Source of the DNA: an uncultured Methanosarcinales archaeon
GTDB taxonomy: Archaea > Nanobdellota > Nanobdellia > Woesearchaeales > UBA11576
Length of the DNA: 64,000 bases
Assembly (NCBI GenBank): GCA_964563755.1
Contig: CAZLYC010000006.1
Span: 3,099-67,098 of the forward strand
Direction of reading: 5' to 3'
Shown here: positions 1 to 9,324 of the stretch, piece by piece
Position numbering within the stretch: the first letter of the stretch is position 1
Layout: each line of letters starts with the position of its first letter
Notes under the pieces: generated by a model
Database searches by the model: none
The model's input: the letters and a program-made list of their open reading frames with translations, nothing else
What the model was told of the DNA's origin: nothing
Position numbers and translations under genes: made by a program

Positions 1-1643
1 ATTATGCCGCAGCTTTCGCATACAGGAACAGTGGTCTTGTCAGAGTCGAACCTCTCCTTGAGGAGGAGGCTTGCTCCGTGCGCTATGAATGTGTCTTTCT
101 CCATCTCTCCGAGCCTTAGTCCGCCTTCTTTTGCTCGTCCTTCTGTAGGCTGCCTTGTCAGGAGCTGGATTGGTCCTCTTGCTCTGCTGTGTATCTTGTT
201 TGCTACCATGTGCTTGAGCTTGAGGTAGTACATGTTGCCTATGAATATCCTGGCATTCATCTGCTCGCCTGTGATTCCGTTGTACATAGTCTCTGTTCCG
301 GTCTCCCTGAAGCCGAATGTCTTGAGCTCTTTTCTTAGTGCTCCTTCGTCTTCGGCCGCGAAAGTGGTTCCGTCGATGTATCTTCCTGCGAGTGCACCGA
401 CCTTAGCTCCTACGAGCTCTATCAGGTGCGAGATTGTCATTCTTGACGGTATTCCGTGCGGGCTGAATATCAGGTCAGGAACTATGCCTGATGCTGTGAA
501 TGGCATGTCTGACTGTGGAAGTATGATTCCGACAACGCCTTTCTGCCCGTGCCTTGATGTGAACTTATCTCCAATCTCTGGCACTCTTGAATCTCGAAGT
601 CGTACCTGCACCAGCTTGTTTCCTTCGCCATTCTCTGTTATCATGACAAAATCGACAATGCCTTCTTCGCCGTGCTTGAGAGATACTGAGCTTTCTCTCC
701 TTACGTTCGATGAGAGGTTGTACTCGTCCATCGAGCTTAGGAATCTTGGCGGTGATGACTTTCCTATTATGACATCTCCCTCTCCAACTTTTGCTTCAGG
801 GTATATTATTCCCTCTTCTTCGAGGTATCTGTAGTCAACTTCTGACTTGTATCCCTTGATATCCTTGTCAGGTATGCAGATATCATCTGTCAGTCCTCCT
901 GCGTATCGCAGCTCTTCTGCGACTGCTGGCCTGAAGTATGCTGACCTTCCAAGTCCCCTGTCTACAGAGCCCTTGTTTATGACTATCGCGTCTTCTATAT
1001 TGTAGCCCATGTAGCTCATTACCGCTAGGACTATGTTTTGTCCCGCAGGGTGCTCCTGGTAATCAGATATGTCATGCATCAGCGTCGATACGATGGGTAT
1101 CTGCGGCGTGTGGAGAAGATTGACGTCCATATCCATCCTGACCGCGAAGTTCGATGCGTAGAATCCTATCGCCTGCTTCTGGTTCTTTCCACCTATCGCA
1201 AGCTTTGTTGAGTGGCAGTAATTGCCGTATGGCACGAGAGCTGTAGTCAGTCCGACGAGTGCAATAGGATGTATTTCCATATGCGTGTGTTCTGGTGTCA
1301 GCTCGTTCTCGAAGAATGCGATAAGAGAGTTCTCCTCTTCAGCCGCGTCAAGGAACTCGACGACTCCCTGCTTCAAGAGGTCGTCCCAGGTTATCTCGCC
1401 CTTAGAGAGCTGCTGGACATGCTTGTCTGTGAGCATCGACTTGCCGTTCTTTATCACGATAAGAGGCCTTATTACCCTTCCTTTTGTACCGTCAACAAAT
1501 ACTGTGTCCGATTCTTTGTCGTAGGTTATGTTTGCATTGATAGGTACGTTGCCTTTCCTTCTTTCATCTATGAAGGTAGTCATGAATCTCTTAGGGTCGT
1601 CTATCTCTCCCTTGTATTTGTTGTTGACGAAGACTTCTGCCAT
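1..1643 (-). CDS. rpoB1: DNA-directed RNA polymerase subunit B' (Rpo2C, C-terminal half of split RpoB). The 3' end runs off the window edge, about 50 aa missing
   Basis: A minus-strand frame stays open from an ATG at 1643..1641 to position 1, so the M-to-stop ORF track does not list it. My translation contains GDKFTSRHGQKGVVG, HGIPSRMTI and the C-terminal EGGLRLGEMEKD...VPVCESCG motifs of Rpb2/RpoB'. It starts 13 nt after the rpoB2 stop. Confidence 0.9.
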   Translation of the reverse strand, partial: MAEVFVNNKYKGEIDDPKRFMTTFIDERRKGNVPINANITYDKESDTVFVDGTKGRVIRPLIVIKNGKSMLTDKHVQQLSKGEITWDDLLKQGVVEFLDAAEEENSLIAFFENELTPEHTHMEIHPIALVGLTTALVPYGNYCHSTKLAIGGKNQKQAIGFYASNFAVRMDMDVNLLHTPQIPIVSTLMHDISDYQEHPAGQNIVLAVMSYMGYNIEDAIVINKGSVDRGLGRSAYFRPAVAEELRYAGGLTDDICIPDKDIKGYKSEVDYRYLEEEGIIYPEAKVGEGDVIIGKSSPPRFLSSMDEYNLSSNVRRESSVSLKHGEEGIVDFVMITENGEGNKLVQVRLRDSRVPEIGDKFTSRHGQKGVVGIILPQSDMPFTASGIVPDLIFSPHGIPSRMTISHLIELVGAKVGALAGRYIDGTTFAAEDEGALRKELKTFGFRETGTETMYNGITGEQMNARIFIGNMYYLKLKHMVANKIHSRARGPIQLLTRQPTEGRAKEGGLRLGEMEKDTFIAHGASLLLKERFDSDKTTVPVCESCGI

Positions 1644-1655
1644 TTCATGCACCCC

Positions 1656-3149
1656 TCATATTAGCTTGAGGCCAAGGCCTTTGAGCGATTTCATTAGCTC
1701 TTCCTCTGGCGTCTCAAGCGATACTTTCGCGAGGACTGCAAGGTTCTTCCTCAGTCCTATGTTGGTTCCTTCAGGAGTTTCCATGCAGCAGAGCCTTCCT
1801 GCGTGCGTTGGATGCAGTTCTCTTGCCTCAAAATTCTCCTGTGATGCTGACAATGGCGATACTACTCTTTGCAGGTGCGACATCGTCTCAAGGTAGTTGA
1901 GTCTCTGTATTCTCTGAGAGATTCCCTTCCTTCCTCCGACCCACGCGCCTGTGGCCATTGATGAATATATCCTCTGTGTCAATAGCTTGTCCCTGATTAT
2001 GACTTTTATTGACGGGAACTTGCCTCTCTTGACTATCCTCTGGAAGTTGTATAATAGGTCGTTCACGAGGACTTTGAGGTTCACTGTGAAAAGGTCTGCG
2101 AGAAGGTCTCCAGAAAGTTTGAGCCTCTTGTTCGCATAGTGGTCCTTGTCGTCAAGTGGCAGCTCTCCTGCAGAGACCAGTATGTATCTCTTTATGAGCT
2201 TACACAGGTTGTATGCCTTGAGTATCCTGTCCTTCGGGTTCATGCCGAGGTGAGGCAGCAGGTATTTGTCGAGTATCTCTTTCATCCTCTCTATCCTTAT
2301 CTCCTTTGCCTGGGTTATGCCTGTCTTCTTCGCTATGTAGTCCATGGCATCCTCGTCGGTCTTGATATCCGCGAATTCAAACAGGTTGACAAGGACAGAA
2401 TCGAACTGCCTTTCCTTTGAGATGAAGGTCATTATGTCCTCGTCCTTTGTGAGGCCGAGAGCTTTTATTATGACGATGAGCGGTATCCTCCTTACCCTTG
2501 TGAATGTGAGGTAGAATATGCCGTCCTTGAGCTTCTCGAATGTGTGCGGTATCTTGAATGAAGCGCCTTCAGAGAACATCTTGCCGACGTATTCTGATAC
2601 GCCGATGCTCTCCTTGTCTATTAGGAGCTTGTTCGCTGCCAGGTCCTCGACGCTGATGAGGACTTTCTCTGTGCCGTTGATTATGAAGTATCCGCCAAGG
2701 TCCGCGGGGTCTTCACCGTGCGCCGCAAGCTCTTCCTTTGACATCTTGTGGAGATGGCAGTACTTTGACTTGAGCATTATAGGTATCGATCCTATCTGTG
2801 TCGTGAATGATTCTCTCTGCACGCCGTTTATGTGTGCGCTCACTTCTATGAAGCATGGCGCAGCGTAGCTTATCCTTCGGAGTCTTGCTTCGACGGGGAA
2901 CACGTTCCTCTTTGAGCCGTCTGCCTCTGTTATCTCTGGCTTTGTTACCCATATCTTGTCGAATTTTATCTTGAATTCCTCGACATTATGCGGGATTATT
3001 GTCGGCTCGACTATCTTGTTCGCATCGACTATCTTCTGCAGCTCCACGTCTATGAAGTTGTTGAATGATGCTATGTCCGATTCGACAAGCGTTGTGCCTT
3101 CGAAGAACTTCTGGACAAGGATGTCTGATTTTTTTGTATGTTCACTCAT
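1656..3149 (-). CDS. rpoB2: DNA-directed RNA polymerase subunit B'' (Rpo2N, N-terminal half of split RpoB)
   Basis: 513-aa ORF with the ...RLCCMETPEGTNIGLRKNLA... motif conserved in Rpb2. The likely start is the internal MSEHTKK, which overlaps the rpoH stop by 8 nt. The track start at 3197 would overlap rpoH by 56 nt. Confidence 0.88.
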   Translation of the reverse strand: MSEHTKKSDILVQKFFEGTTLVESDIASFNNFIDVELQKIVDANKIVEPTIIPHNVEEFKIKFDKIWVTKPEITEADGSKRNVFPVEARLRRISYAAPCFIEVSAHINGVQRESFTTQIGSIPIMLKSKYCHLHKMSKEELAAHGEDPADLGGYFIINGTEKVLISVEDLAANKLLIDKESIGVSEYVGKMFSEGASFKIPHTFEKLKDGIFYLTFTRVRRIPLIVIIKALGLTKDEDIMTFISKERQFDSVLVNLFEFADIKTDEDAMDYIAKKTGITQAKEIRIERMKEILDKYLLPHLGMNPKDRILKAYNLCKLIKRYILVSAGELPLDDKDHYANKRLKLSGDLLADLFTVNLKVLVNDLLYNFQRIVKRGKFPSIKVIIRDKLLTQRIYSSMATGAWVGGRKGISQRIQRLNYLETMSHLQRVVSPLSASQENFEARELHPTHAGRLCCMETPEGTNIGLRKNLAVLAKVSLETPEEELMKSLKGLGLKLI

Positions 3150-3378
3150 CCGCAACACCTCGGTAGAATATGGCCTTGCCTGCTGTGGGAGAGTCACGTT
3201 CTATCTTTATGACGTCTCCTGACTCGACTTCCATGCCTGCGAGCGCTGGGTCATTCTTCTTTATAGAAGGCAGCTCGTTCAATGTCACATGGTATTTTTC
3301 TAGAAGTTCATTTTTCTCCTTTTCGGAGAGCTTCTTATGTTTCGGTATGAGTACATGCTGGATTGATGGTTTCGTCAT
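3142..3378 (-). CDS. rpoH: DNA-directed RNA polymerase subunit H (Rpo5)
   Basis: 78 aa, HVLIPKHKKLSEKEKNELLEKYHVTLNELPSIKKNDP...GDVIKIERDSPTAGKAIFYRGV matches the RpoH/Rpb5 C-domain. Classic rpoH-rpoB2-rpoB1 gene order. Confidence 0.88.
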   Translation of the reverse strand: MTKPSIQHVLIPKHKKLSEKEKNELLEKYHVTLNELPSIKKNDPALAGMEVESGDVIKIERDSPTAGKAIFYRGVADE

Positions 3379-3417
3379 TTTTGACCCTCTCCTGCGCTCT
3401 CGCCCTGCTCTTTTAAC

Positions 3418-3557
3418 AGGCTGGACGGGACTTTCGAACCTCTTGTTTGAGGCTATTCGAACCCGTGACCACTCGATTTCCTCCCGTTTAGGGTAAAAGT
3501 CGAGTGCTCTATTGCCCGGCTAAAGCATTTTATGCCACCAGACTGAGCTACCAGCCT
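3418..3557 (-). tRNA. tRNA-Lys(UUU)-like gene, about 140 nt, with putative introns in the D-loop (about 26 nt), the anticodon loop 37/38 (about 16 nt) and the T-loop 59/60 (about 25 nt)
   Basis: Minus-strand read: acceptor AGGCTGG/CCAGCCT (7 bp), TA, D-stem GCTC...GAGC with an extra GGCATAAAATGCTTTAGCCGGGCAAT in the D-loop. Anticodon stem CTCGA/TCGAG with loop CTTTTA plus insert. T-arm ACGGG TTCGAA[TAGCC..GGTTCGAAAG]T CCCGT. Discriminator G. Folded by hand only. Confidence 0.6.
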
Positions 3558-3593
3558 AAATGAGCTTTATTTTATAGTTCTTGCCAAAAAATA

Positions 3594-3747
3594 CGCCCTG
3601 GCCGGGACTTTCAGGTTGGTTGCGATTTTTATATGGTTTCTAGCTTGATTCATAGTATTGTTCAACTCAAGCTGTGCGTAACCAACTTTTTGAACCCGGG
3701 TCGGAGCCGTGACAGGGCTCCATGATAGGCCACTACACTACCAGGGC
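3594..3747 (-). tRNA. tRNA-Asp(GUC) with an intron of about 81 nt in the T-loop (position 59/60)
   Basis: Minus-strand read GCCCTGGTAGTGTAGTGGCCTATCATGGAGCCCTGTCACGGCTCCGACCCGGGTTCAAA[..81 nt..]TCCCGGCCAGGGCG is nearly identical in exons to archaeal tRNA-Asp as recalled from memory (M. jannaschii). The intron has an internal long stem, GTTGGTTACG...CGCAACCAAC, and ends in GAAAG like the T-loop intron of the neighbouring tRNA. Confidence 0.75.
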
Positions 3748-4149
3748 TTGTTTTGTATTTGGCAGTCGTAAATCAGTCTATGGACTAAGAGTCGTACTAA
3801 TTGGCCCTTGCTCGCCACAGAAAGATTTAATGACCATAATCTGCCCAAATTTTAACAATTTAAAAAGATTTCGTTTATAAACGTAAACAGCGGTTTTTTA
3901 TTTGTTTTTGATTTATTTCAAAAAGCGCATAATCTGCTTAAACAAGCCATATGCTCGTTTAAACTGTTGTCACCGAAAAGTTTAAATATGTGCTTCGCCA
4001 TGATTTGGTAGTTCTTAGATTATCGTAGCATTGGTTACCATTAGTCCTAACTATATTATTAGAGGTATTTCAGCGTAAAAATCACGTAGTGCGCGGAAAA
4101 GTTCCTCATCCTCACAAAGTGAGGGTTAAACAAGCGGGGGTTTGGAAAA

Positions 4150-4251
4150 ATGTCAGACTGGGAAATGGTAATGAGAGATGATGACGACTTTGACAGCGAC
4201 TTCGATAACGACGATTCAGACGGCGATGATGACGGCGACGACAAGTGGTAA
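4150..4251 (+). CDS. Candidate micro-ORF: 33-aa hyper-acidic peptide MSDWEMVMRDDDDFDSDFDNDDSDGDDDGDDKW
   Basis: ATG preceded by a GGGGG motif about 8 nt upstream and an inverted repeat CCTCAC..GTGAGG. Followed by a T-rich tract. Not in the ORF track (shorter than 60 aa). Coding status is unproven. Confidence 0.3.
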   Translation: MSDWEMVMRDDDDFDSDFDNDDSDGDDDGDDKW

Positions 4252-4516
4252 GTCAAATCTTTTGTTTTTTTAACTGATTATTTTCTTTTTAGCCACCACC
4301 GAAATCCAGCTTAAGCTATATGCTATTTTCTTTTTTTAACGCACAAAGAACTGACTAATTATTCAGTCGCTTGATCGCATCTTGTCTGCGCACTCTTTAC
4401 AATAGAAATAGTCTTTTTCGACGACAGATCTCTTATGGCACAGTCTGCAGGTTATTACTCTCTTGTACCCTGTTATCCTGGGCAATGTGCTTACTGGCCT
4501 TCTTGTTGACATTTTA

Positions 4517-4810
4517 TTACTCCTTGAACATGCTCCAGCAAGGATATTTCATGCCGGTGTTCTTTGACCATTTGTGCAGCTCTGATACCTGCTTCTGCTT
4601 TACATCAAGCCTTGCGAAAAGCTTGTCATCGCAGTATAATGTGTATGTTCCATCTGACAGGTCTTTCGCTGTCCTTTGGAATGCTGTAACAAACTCTGCA
4701 GCAGATGTGACATCCTTGCCACTGAGCTTCATTGAACCCAACTTCTTATTGGTGTCCAATTTCGCGAATGATATGTTTAACGAGTCACATACGGTGGATT
4801 TTGGCATCAT
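4517..4810 (-). CDS. Hypothetical protein (97 aa)
   Basis: ORF on the strand shared by the downstream gene cluster. No recognisable motif. Confidence 0.4.
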   Translation of the reverse strand: MMPKSTVCDSLNISFAKLDTNKKLGSMKLSGKDVTSAAEFVTAFQRTAKDLSDGTYTLYCDDKLFARLDVKQKQVSELHKWSKNTGMKYPCWSMFKE

Positions 4811-5077
4811 CTCATCTCCCCCATTGGCCTTTGACCTTGTATTTCTCGTCGGTAAGTATGATTGAATACATGTCGAGCAGCGACTTCTGTTTCCAGTGCG
4901 TATATCTTAGGCCGGTGTATACCGCCACTAGCGCCAAAAACATCATTACTGCAAGAACGTTGTCCATGGACAGTAGAAAAACGTCTTGAGTATTTAACTA
5001 TTGCGGAAAAATACGCTCTATTGGTTGAAACCATGCCTGGTGTTCAGGATAATATAGAAAAAAAGCATACAAAAAGA

Positions 5078-5416
5078 TTATTCTGCTGGGCAAGGCGAGA
5101 ATTCACAGTTAGGTCCTGTCCTTCCGACAGCGCTTCCGTCAGGGCAAAGCTTTGCCTCTTCTGTGCAGGCCTTCTGTTGTGCAGGGCATTCCCCTCTAAA
5201 ATAAGCCCATTCATCGCAGACTGTCCCGTCCTTCAACGTGCAGATTCCTCTCTGCCCGCCATCAGTGTCAGTCTCCATGGTCAGTGTTCCGCCGTCATCT
5301 ATGCACTTGACAGATGCGGGGTTTGCCATCTGCGGAGGGTCATTTGCGGTAGGTGTTTCGCTGCAACCCACAAGCAGGAGTGCTGCAATCAATGTTAATA
5401 TTGTCATGATTTTCAT
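5078..5416 (-). CDS. Lipoprotein with a DUF333 (putative hemolysin-like) domain
   Basis: Signal and lipobox MKIMTILTLIAALLLVGCSE, then ANPASVKCIDDGGTLTMETDTDGGQRGICTLKDGTVCDEWAYFRGEC, typical of DUF333. Start placed at the internal MKIM. Confidence 0.6.
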   Translation of the reverse strand: MKIMTILTLIAALLLVGCSETPTANDPPQMANPASVKCIDDGGTLTMETDTDGGQRGICTLKDGTVCDEWAYFRGECPAQQKACTEEAKLCPDGSAVGRTGPNCEFSPCPAE

Positions 5417-5497
5417 TTGTATCACAGCTATTGCAAAGCATATCAGATATATAAATTTAGATATGGCTTCAAGGATGTTCAAAGCTATTTGTGTGAA

Positions 5498-5857
5498 TCA
5501 GTTCTGAGTATAATCGTGCCTGCACTGAGTGTATCTCTTAGAATTAGTATCTAGGTGCCCAGCATCCCTGCAGGAGTTCATGCAAAGCTGCCTTGTCTTG
5601 TTGTCTGTCTCGTTCTTTGCGCAGTCGTTTGTGCAAAAGAAAGTCAGGCATTCTATATCATACGACCTCATTATCATTGCGCGTGTGACAGCAGTTTCGC
5701 TTGCGAATCCTTCCTTGATATCATTCTTGTCTGCGAAAAGTTTCTCACAGGTAGGACAGCCTTTCACCATGAACCAATATATCAGCAACAATACTAAAAT
5801 GATGACTAGAGAGAATGATATCCAGAAAACTAAATCGCTCTTTTTTGGTCGTTTCAT
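5498..5857 (-). CDS. Cys-rich membrane-anchored hypothetical protein
   Basis: N-terminal TM helix (LVFWISFSLVIILVLLLIYWF) followed by many Cys residues (CPTCE, CLTFFCTNDC, CMNSC). Confidence 0.45.
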   Translation of the reverse strand: MKRPKKSDLVFWISFSLVIILVLLLIYWFMVKGCPTCEKLFADKNDIKEGFASETAVTRAMIMRSYDIECLTFFCTNDCAKNETDNKTRQLCMNSCRDAGHLDTNSKRYTQCRHDYTQN

Positions 5858-5932
5858 GAAAATATCCGCTTGGAATATGATATTTAAATGTTTTGTAGGC
5901 AGTGCTGACAGTCTCTATATATGGTATAGGTA

Positions 5933-6379
5933 TTATTTGCCGAATATCAGTCCATACAGCTTCTCTATCCGTTTTCTTGACAGCACATCTTTGTCTTTTT
6001 CGCTTCTTTCAAGTCGACGGTACTCTCTGTTTACCGCCCTTACACATTCATCTTTCTTTTCTTTATCTTGTACGCCGTGGCTCTCAAGCTGAGTGTACGC
6101 GAGGCAGAGAGTTATGAGTGTCTCTGCGTCTGGCCTTGTTGTCCTTGATGCGCGCTTTTGCGAACAGTCTCTTGCTAAACTATAGTACTCTACTGCTTTG
6201 TCTCTTTCTCCGAGATCTTCCAGTTGATACGCGACTCCAAGATAAAGATCAGACTTCCTGTTGGCACAGAGACGGTGCGCTATCTCTGGTTTACCGTTTC
6301 TGTTCATTAGGACAAACTGTTTTATGTCAAGCCCAAGCTTGAATGCGTCATCATGTTCAAGTATCTTCTCAACACCCAT
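5933..6379 (-). CDS. Hypothetical protein (148 aa), helical and charged
   Basis: ORF in the same orientation as its neighbours. No motif recognised. Confidence 0.45.
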   Translation of the reverse strand: MGVEKILEHDDAFKLGLDIKQFVLMNRNGKPEIAHRLCANRKSDLYLGVAYQLEDLGERDKAVEYYSLARDCSQKRASRTTRPDAETLITLCLAYTQLESHGVQDKEKKDECVRAVNREYRRLERSEKDKDVLSRKRIEKLYGLIFGK

Positions 6380-6503
6380 CTATAAACCCCCTCACGTGTA
6401 AAATTTAGTCGATTTTCAAGAGGTGCTTCTTAAATATTTCTTTTTCAAGAAGTAAAAAAGATTTTCATGCTGAATGATATGATAAGATAATAGAATAAAA
6501 AAA

Positions 6504-6947
6504 TTAGTCTGAGCCAAGCATCCTTAGTATCTTGTCCAGCTTTGCGTTTATCTGGTCGAGCCTGTCAGGTGATTTATCAGATCTTTCTCGCCTTTCTTCA
6601 GGTCGTCTCTCTTCTCTTGTATCAGTTCGTTCGTTTCTCCTGAAGCAGTCACTGCAGTAGACTGGCTTGTCTGTTGTAGGTTTGAATGGTACCTGGCATT
6701 CCTTGCCGCACTTGTCGCATGTTACGTCATGCATCCTAAGGTGTTCTCTTTTGAATCCGCCAGAACCTCTGTCACCGAATCTTTTGTTCCTGTCAAATCC
6801 CCTGGATCCTCCAGAGCCCCTGTCTCCAAATGTTCTTTTCCCGCGGCTCTCAAAGCTTGGAGAACCTCTGTCATCATCCCTTCTTCTGAAACTTGGTTTT
6901 CTCTTGAAATCTCTCATTTTGACCTCGTAAAAACTTAATGATGACAA
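6504..6947 (-). CDS. RGG/RG-repeat protein with a C-terminal C-x2-C-x17-C-x2-C zinc ribbon (putative RNA-binding)
   Basis: Repeated GDRGSGG(S/F) units, visible as DNA tandem repeats around 6730-6860. Zinc ribbon CDKCGKECQVPFKPTTDKPVYCSDC. Immediately upstream of the DEAD-box helicase on the same strand. Confidence 0.55.
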   Translation of the reverse strand: MSSLSFYEVKMRDFKRKPSFRRRDDDRGSPSFESRGKRTFGDRGSGGSRGFDRNKRFGDRGSGGFKREHLRMHDVTCDKCGKECQVPFKPTTDKPVYCSDCFRRNERTDTREERRPEERRERSDKSPDRLDQINAKLDKILRMLGSD

Positions 6948-6998
6948 AAAAGAAACATATCCTATTTATAAACATATGTTTGATTGCAGAATAAGAGT

Positions 6999-8219
6999 TT
7001 ATCTTCTGCCGAACCTTCTTCCATGCCTGTGCTGTGGTCTGAATCCTCTATGTGTTTTGGGTGGTGGCTTGGCTGCGCTGCCTACTGCGGTCTTTGCGCG
7101 CTCTGAATGGTATACATGGTCCATTACTTCGATGTTCTGACGTATCAGCCTTTCAATGTCTCTAAGGAAATTACGTTCGTCTGCTGCACAGAATGAATAT
7201 GCTGTGCCTTCTGCTCCTGCCCTTGCAGTGCGTCCTATCCTATGGACATAGTTTTCAGGATCATTTGGGAGTTCAAAATTTATGACGTGAGATATGTTTT
7301 CTATGTCGATGCCGCGCGCAGCTATGTCTGTTGCGACAAGGACCTTGGTTCGTCCTGACTTGAAATCAGACAGTGCTTTTGTTCTGTTTGTCTGTGATTT
7401 GTTGCCGTGTATGGCGTCAGCACGGATATTGTTATGGTTAAGGAAAGCTGCAAGCTTGTTCGCACGGTGCTTTGTTCTTGTGAATATCAATACGCATGTC
7501 AGATGCTTCTGCATGAGCAGGTTGAGCAACAGCTTGTCTTTGAAATTAGCGTCAACGAAGAATACACATTGTTTTACACGGTCTACTGTGGTTGCCTGCG
7601 GTGCGACAGCTACATGGACCGGATTCCTAAGAAGCTGCCTGGCAAGATGATCCACTTCAGGCGACATTGTCGCTGAAAAGAAAAGCGATTGGCGCTTCTG
7701 CGGCAATCTGGATATTATTTTTCTTATATCATGTATGAATCCCATGTCAAGCATCCTGTCTGCTTCATCCAGGACAAAGAATTCTATATTGTTCAGGTTT
7801 ATGAATCGTTGATTCATGAGGTCCAGCAGCCTGCCAGGTGTAGCGACGAGTATGTCGACTCCCTTTGATAGATTTTGGACCTGCAAGCCTTGTCCGACTC
7901 CCCCGAAAATGACAGTGTGCCTGAATTTTAGGAATGTGCCATATGCTGCAAAACTTTCTCCTATCTGTGCTGCAAGTTCTCTTGTTGGAGCGAGCACAAG
8001 CGCACGGATTGTCCTCGGATACTTTTCTTGCATTCTTTGGAGTATCGGCAGTACAAATGCTGCAGTCTTGCCTGTTCCTGTCTGCGCTATGCCTATCAGG
8101 TCTCTGCCTTGAAGAAGGTCAGGGATTGATTTTTTCTGGATAGGAGTAGGTTCAGTATACCCTTGTTTAGCCACTGCTCTTTGTAGCGGCTCAATCAGAT
8201 TTAGTTCTTTGAATGACAT
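6999..8219 (-). CDS. ATP-dependent DEAD-box RNA helicase
   Basis: Q-motif, [18 protein letters not shown] ([13 protein letters not shown]), SAT and [10 protein letters not shown] motifs. Confidence 0.92.
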   Translation of the reverse strand: MSFKELNLIEPLQRAVAKQGYTEPTPIQKKSIPDLLQGRDLIGIAQTGTGKTAAFVLPILQRMQEKYPRTIRALVLAPTRELAAQIGESFAAYGTFLKFRHTVIFGGVGQGLQVQNLSKGVDILVATPGRLLDLMNQRFINLNNIEFFVLDEADRMLDMGFIHDIRKIISRLPQKRQSLFFSATMSPEVDHLARQLLRNPVHVAVAPQATTVDRVKQCVFFVDANFKDKLLLNLLMQKHLTCVLIFTRTKHRANKLAAFLNHNNIRADAIHGNKSQTNRTKALSDFKSGRTKVLVATDIAARGIDIENISHVINFELPNDPENYVHRIGRTARAGAEGTAYSFCAADERNFLRDIERLIRQNIEVMDHVYHSERAKTAVGSAAKPPPKTHRGFRPQHRHGRRFGRR

Positions 8220-8260
8220 CTCTTTGAAATAAACAAAGGCTCCTGTTTTTAAAGGTGCTG

Positions 8261-8650
8261 TTATTTCTCGTAAAATCCAAAGAAAGGCAGTCTTTTCTTC
8301 TTGAGATATGCCAGAAGTTCTTCTCTTGTGTGGAATTCATACTTTACATCCGTAGGAGTTTTATAGTTCTCACATTTTTCCTGCTCATACTCCCTGCAGA
8401 GCATGGGCCTTGTGCTGTACTCTTTGCATCTTCCTTTTTTTAGTGGCTTGCATGGCGTGTTGAATCGCACATACCACTTGTGTTGTTTTCCAATCCACAC
8501 ATAGACATTCTTGTGTAGAAGGTACCATAAGATGTTATCGAACTCTTCTTCTGTTGTTGGCATGTCTAGTCGCACATTGATGTATTCGCAGCATTTTGTG
8601 CACTTTCCGCACAGTTTCTTGTTTTGTTGGTCTTCGTCAAGCTTTTTCAT
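8261..8650 (-). CDS. YkgJ/UPF0153-family putative zinc- or iron-chelating protein (CxxCxxCC)
   Basis: CGKCTKCC motif plus downstream Cys residues. Confidence 0.55.
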   Translation of the reverse strand: MKKLDEDQQNKKLCGKCTKCCEYINVRLDMPTTEEEFDNILWYLLHKNVYVWIGKQHKWYVRFNTPCKPLKKGRCKEYSTRPMLCREYEQEKCENYKTPTDVKYEFHTREELLAYLKKKRLPFFGFYEK

Positions 8651-8653
8651 GGT

Positions 8654-9193
8654 TTATTGCTTGGTCAATGTCGCAGAACTTGCAGCTATTCCATTGCCGG
8701 TTATCATGCCTGAAAGCTCTTTGTCATCTAGTATGCCGATAAATTGCAATTTTGGGAAATAGAGGTCAGGGTCTCCGAAGTCCATGTTGATTATTACAGA
8801 GCCGTCATTTCTTGTGTTGCCTGTGATTTTCATCTCAAAATAACCTCCTGTCTGAGGTGTGCACTCCCCAGTGCCTGTCAGGAATATATTATTTACTCCA
8901 GATATTGTTCCTGTGCCGGTTATTTTATCTCTGGATTGTAGAAGTTCCATGCTTATAGGTCCTTGGTATCTCATGACTTTCATATTTGTGCATACCGCAC
9001 CTACATCTACACCGATATCATAGGTGCCTTCCCAATTGCCCATCACCGATATGTTTTTTTGTATTGCTGGCACATCAGATGTTGTATCTGCTGCAGGCAT
9101 AACTGAGACAGGAATTTTTCGCTCCTTTTCAGCACAACCAATAATGAAGATAGCAACTAGAATCACTAAAATGAGTGCGCTCTTTTTCATCAT
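8654..9193 (-). CDS. Lipoprotein, hypothetical
   Basis: Signal and lipobox MMKKSALILVILVAIFIIGCAE. Gly/Thr-rich beta-like body. Confidence 0.55.
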   Translation of the reverse strand: MMKKSALILVILVAIFIIGCAEKERKIPVSVMPAADTTSDVPAIQKNISVMGNWEGTYDIGVDVGAVCTNMKVMRYQGPISMELLQSRDKITGTGTISGVNNIFLTGTGECTPQTGGYFEMKITGNTRNDGSVIINMDFGDPDLYFPKLQFIGILDDKELSGMITGNGIAASSATLTKQ

Positions 9194-9324
9194 TCACAAA
9201 AACGCATTAGAAGTATAAAAGAGTATCTCCATTTTGTAACTATTTCGTAAGTCGACAGGATACTTTCGGAAGTTCTTTATTTTTCGAAGCGAGATTTAAA
9301 TAAATTATTTCCAAGCAGTTTTGG

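Noticed and set aside
4-1896. Plus-strand ORFs (4-228, 232-834, 1212-1664, 1222-1524, 1528-1896) inside the rpoB1/rpoB2 region
   Set aside because: Antisense to the strongly supported RNA polymerase B'/B'' reading frames. They have low-complexity S/P/L-rich translations.
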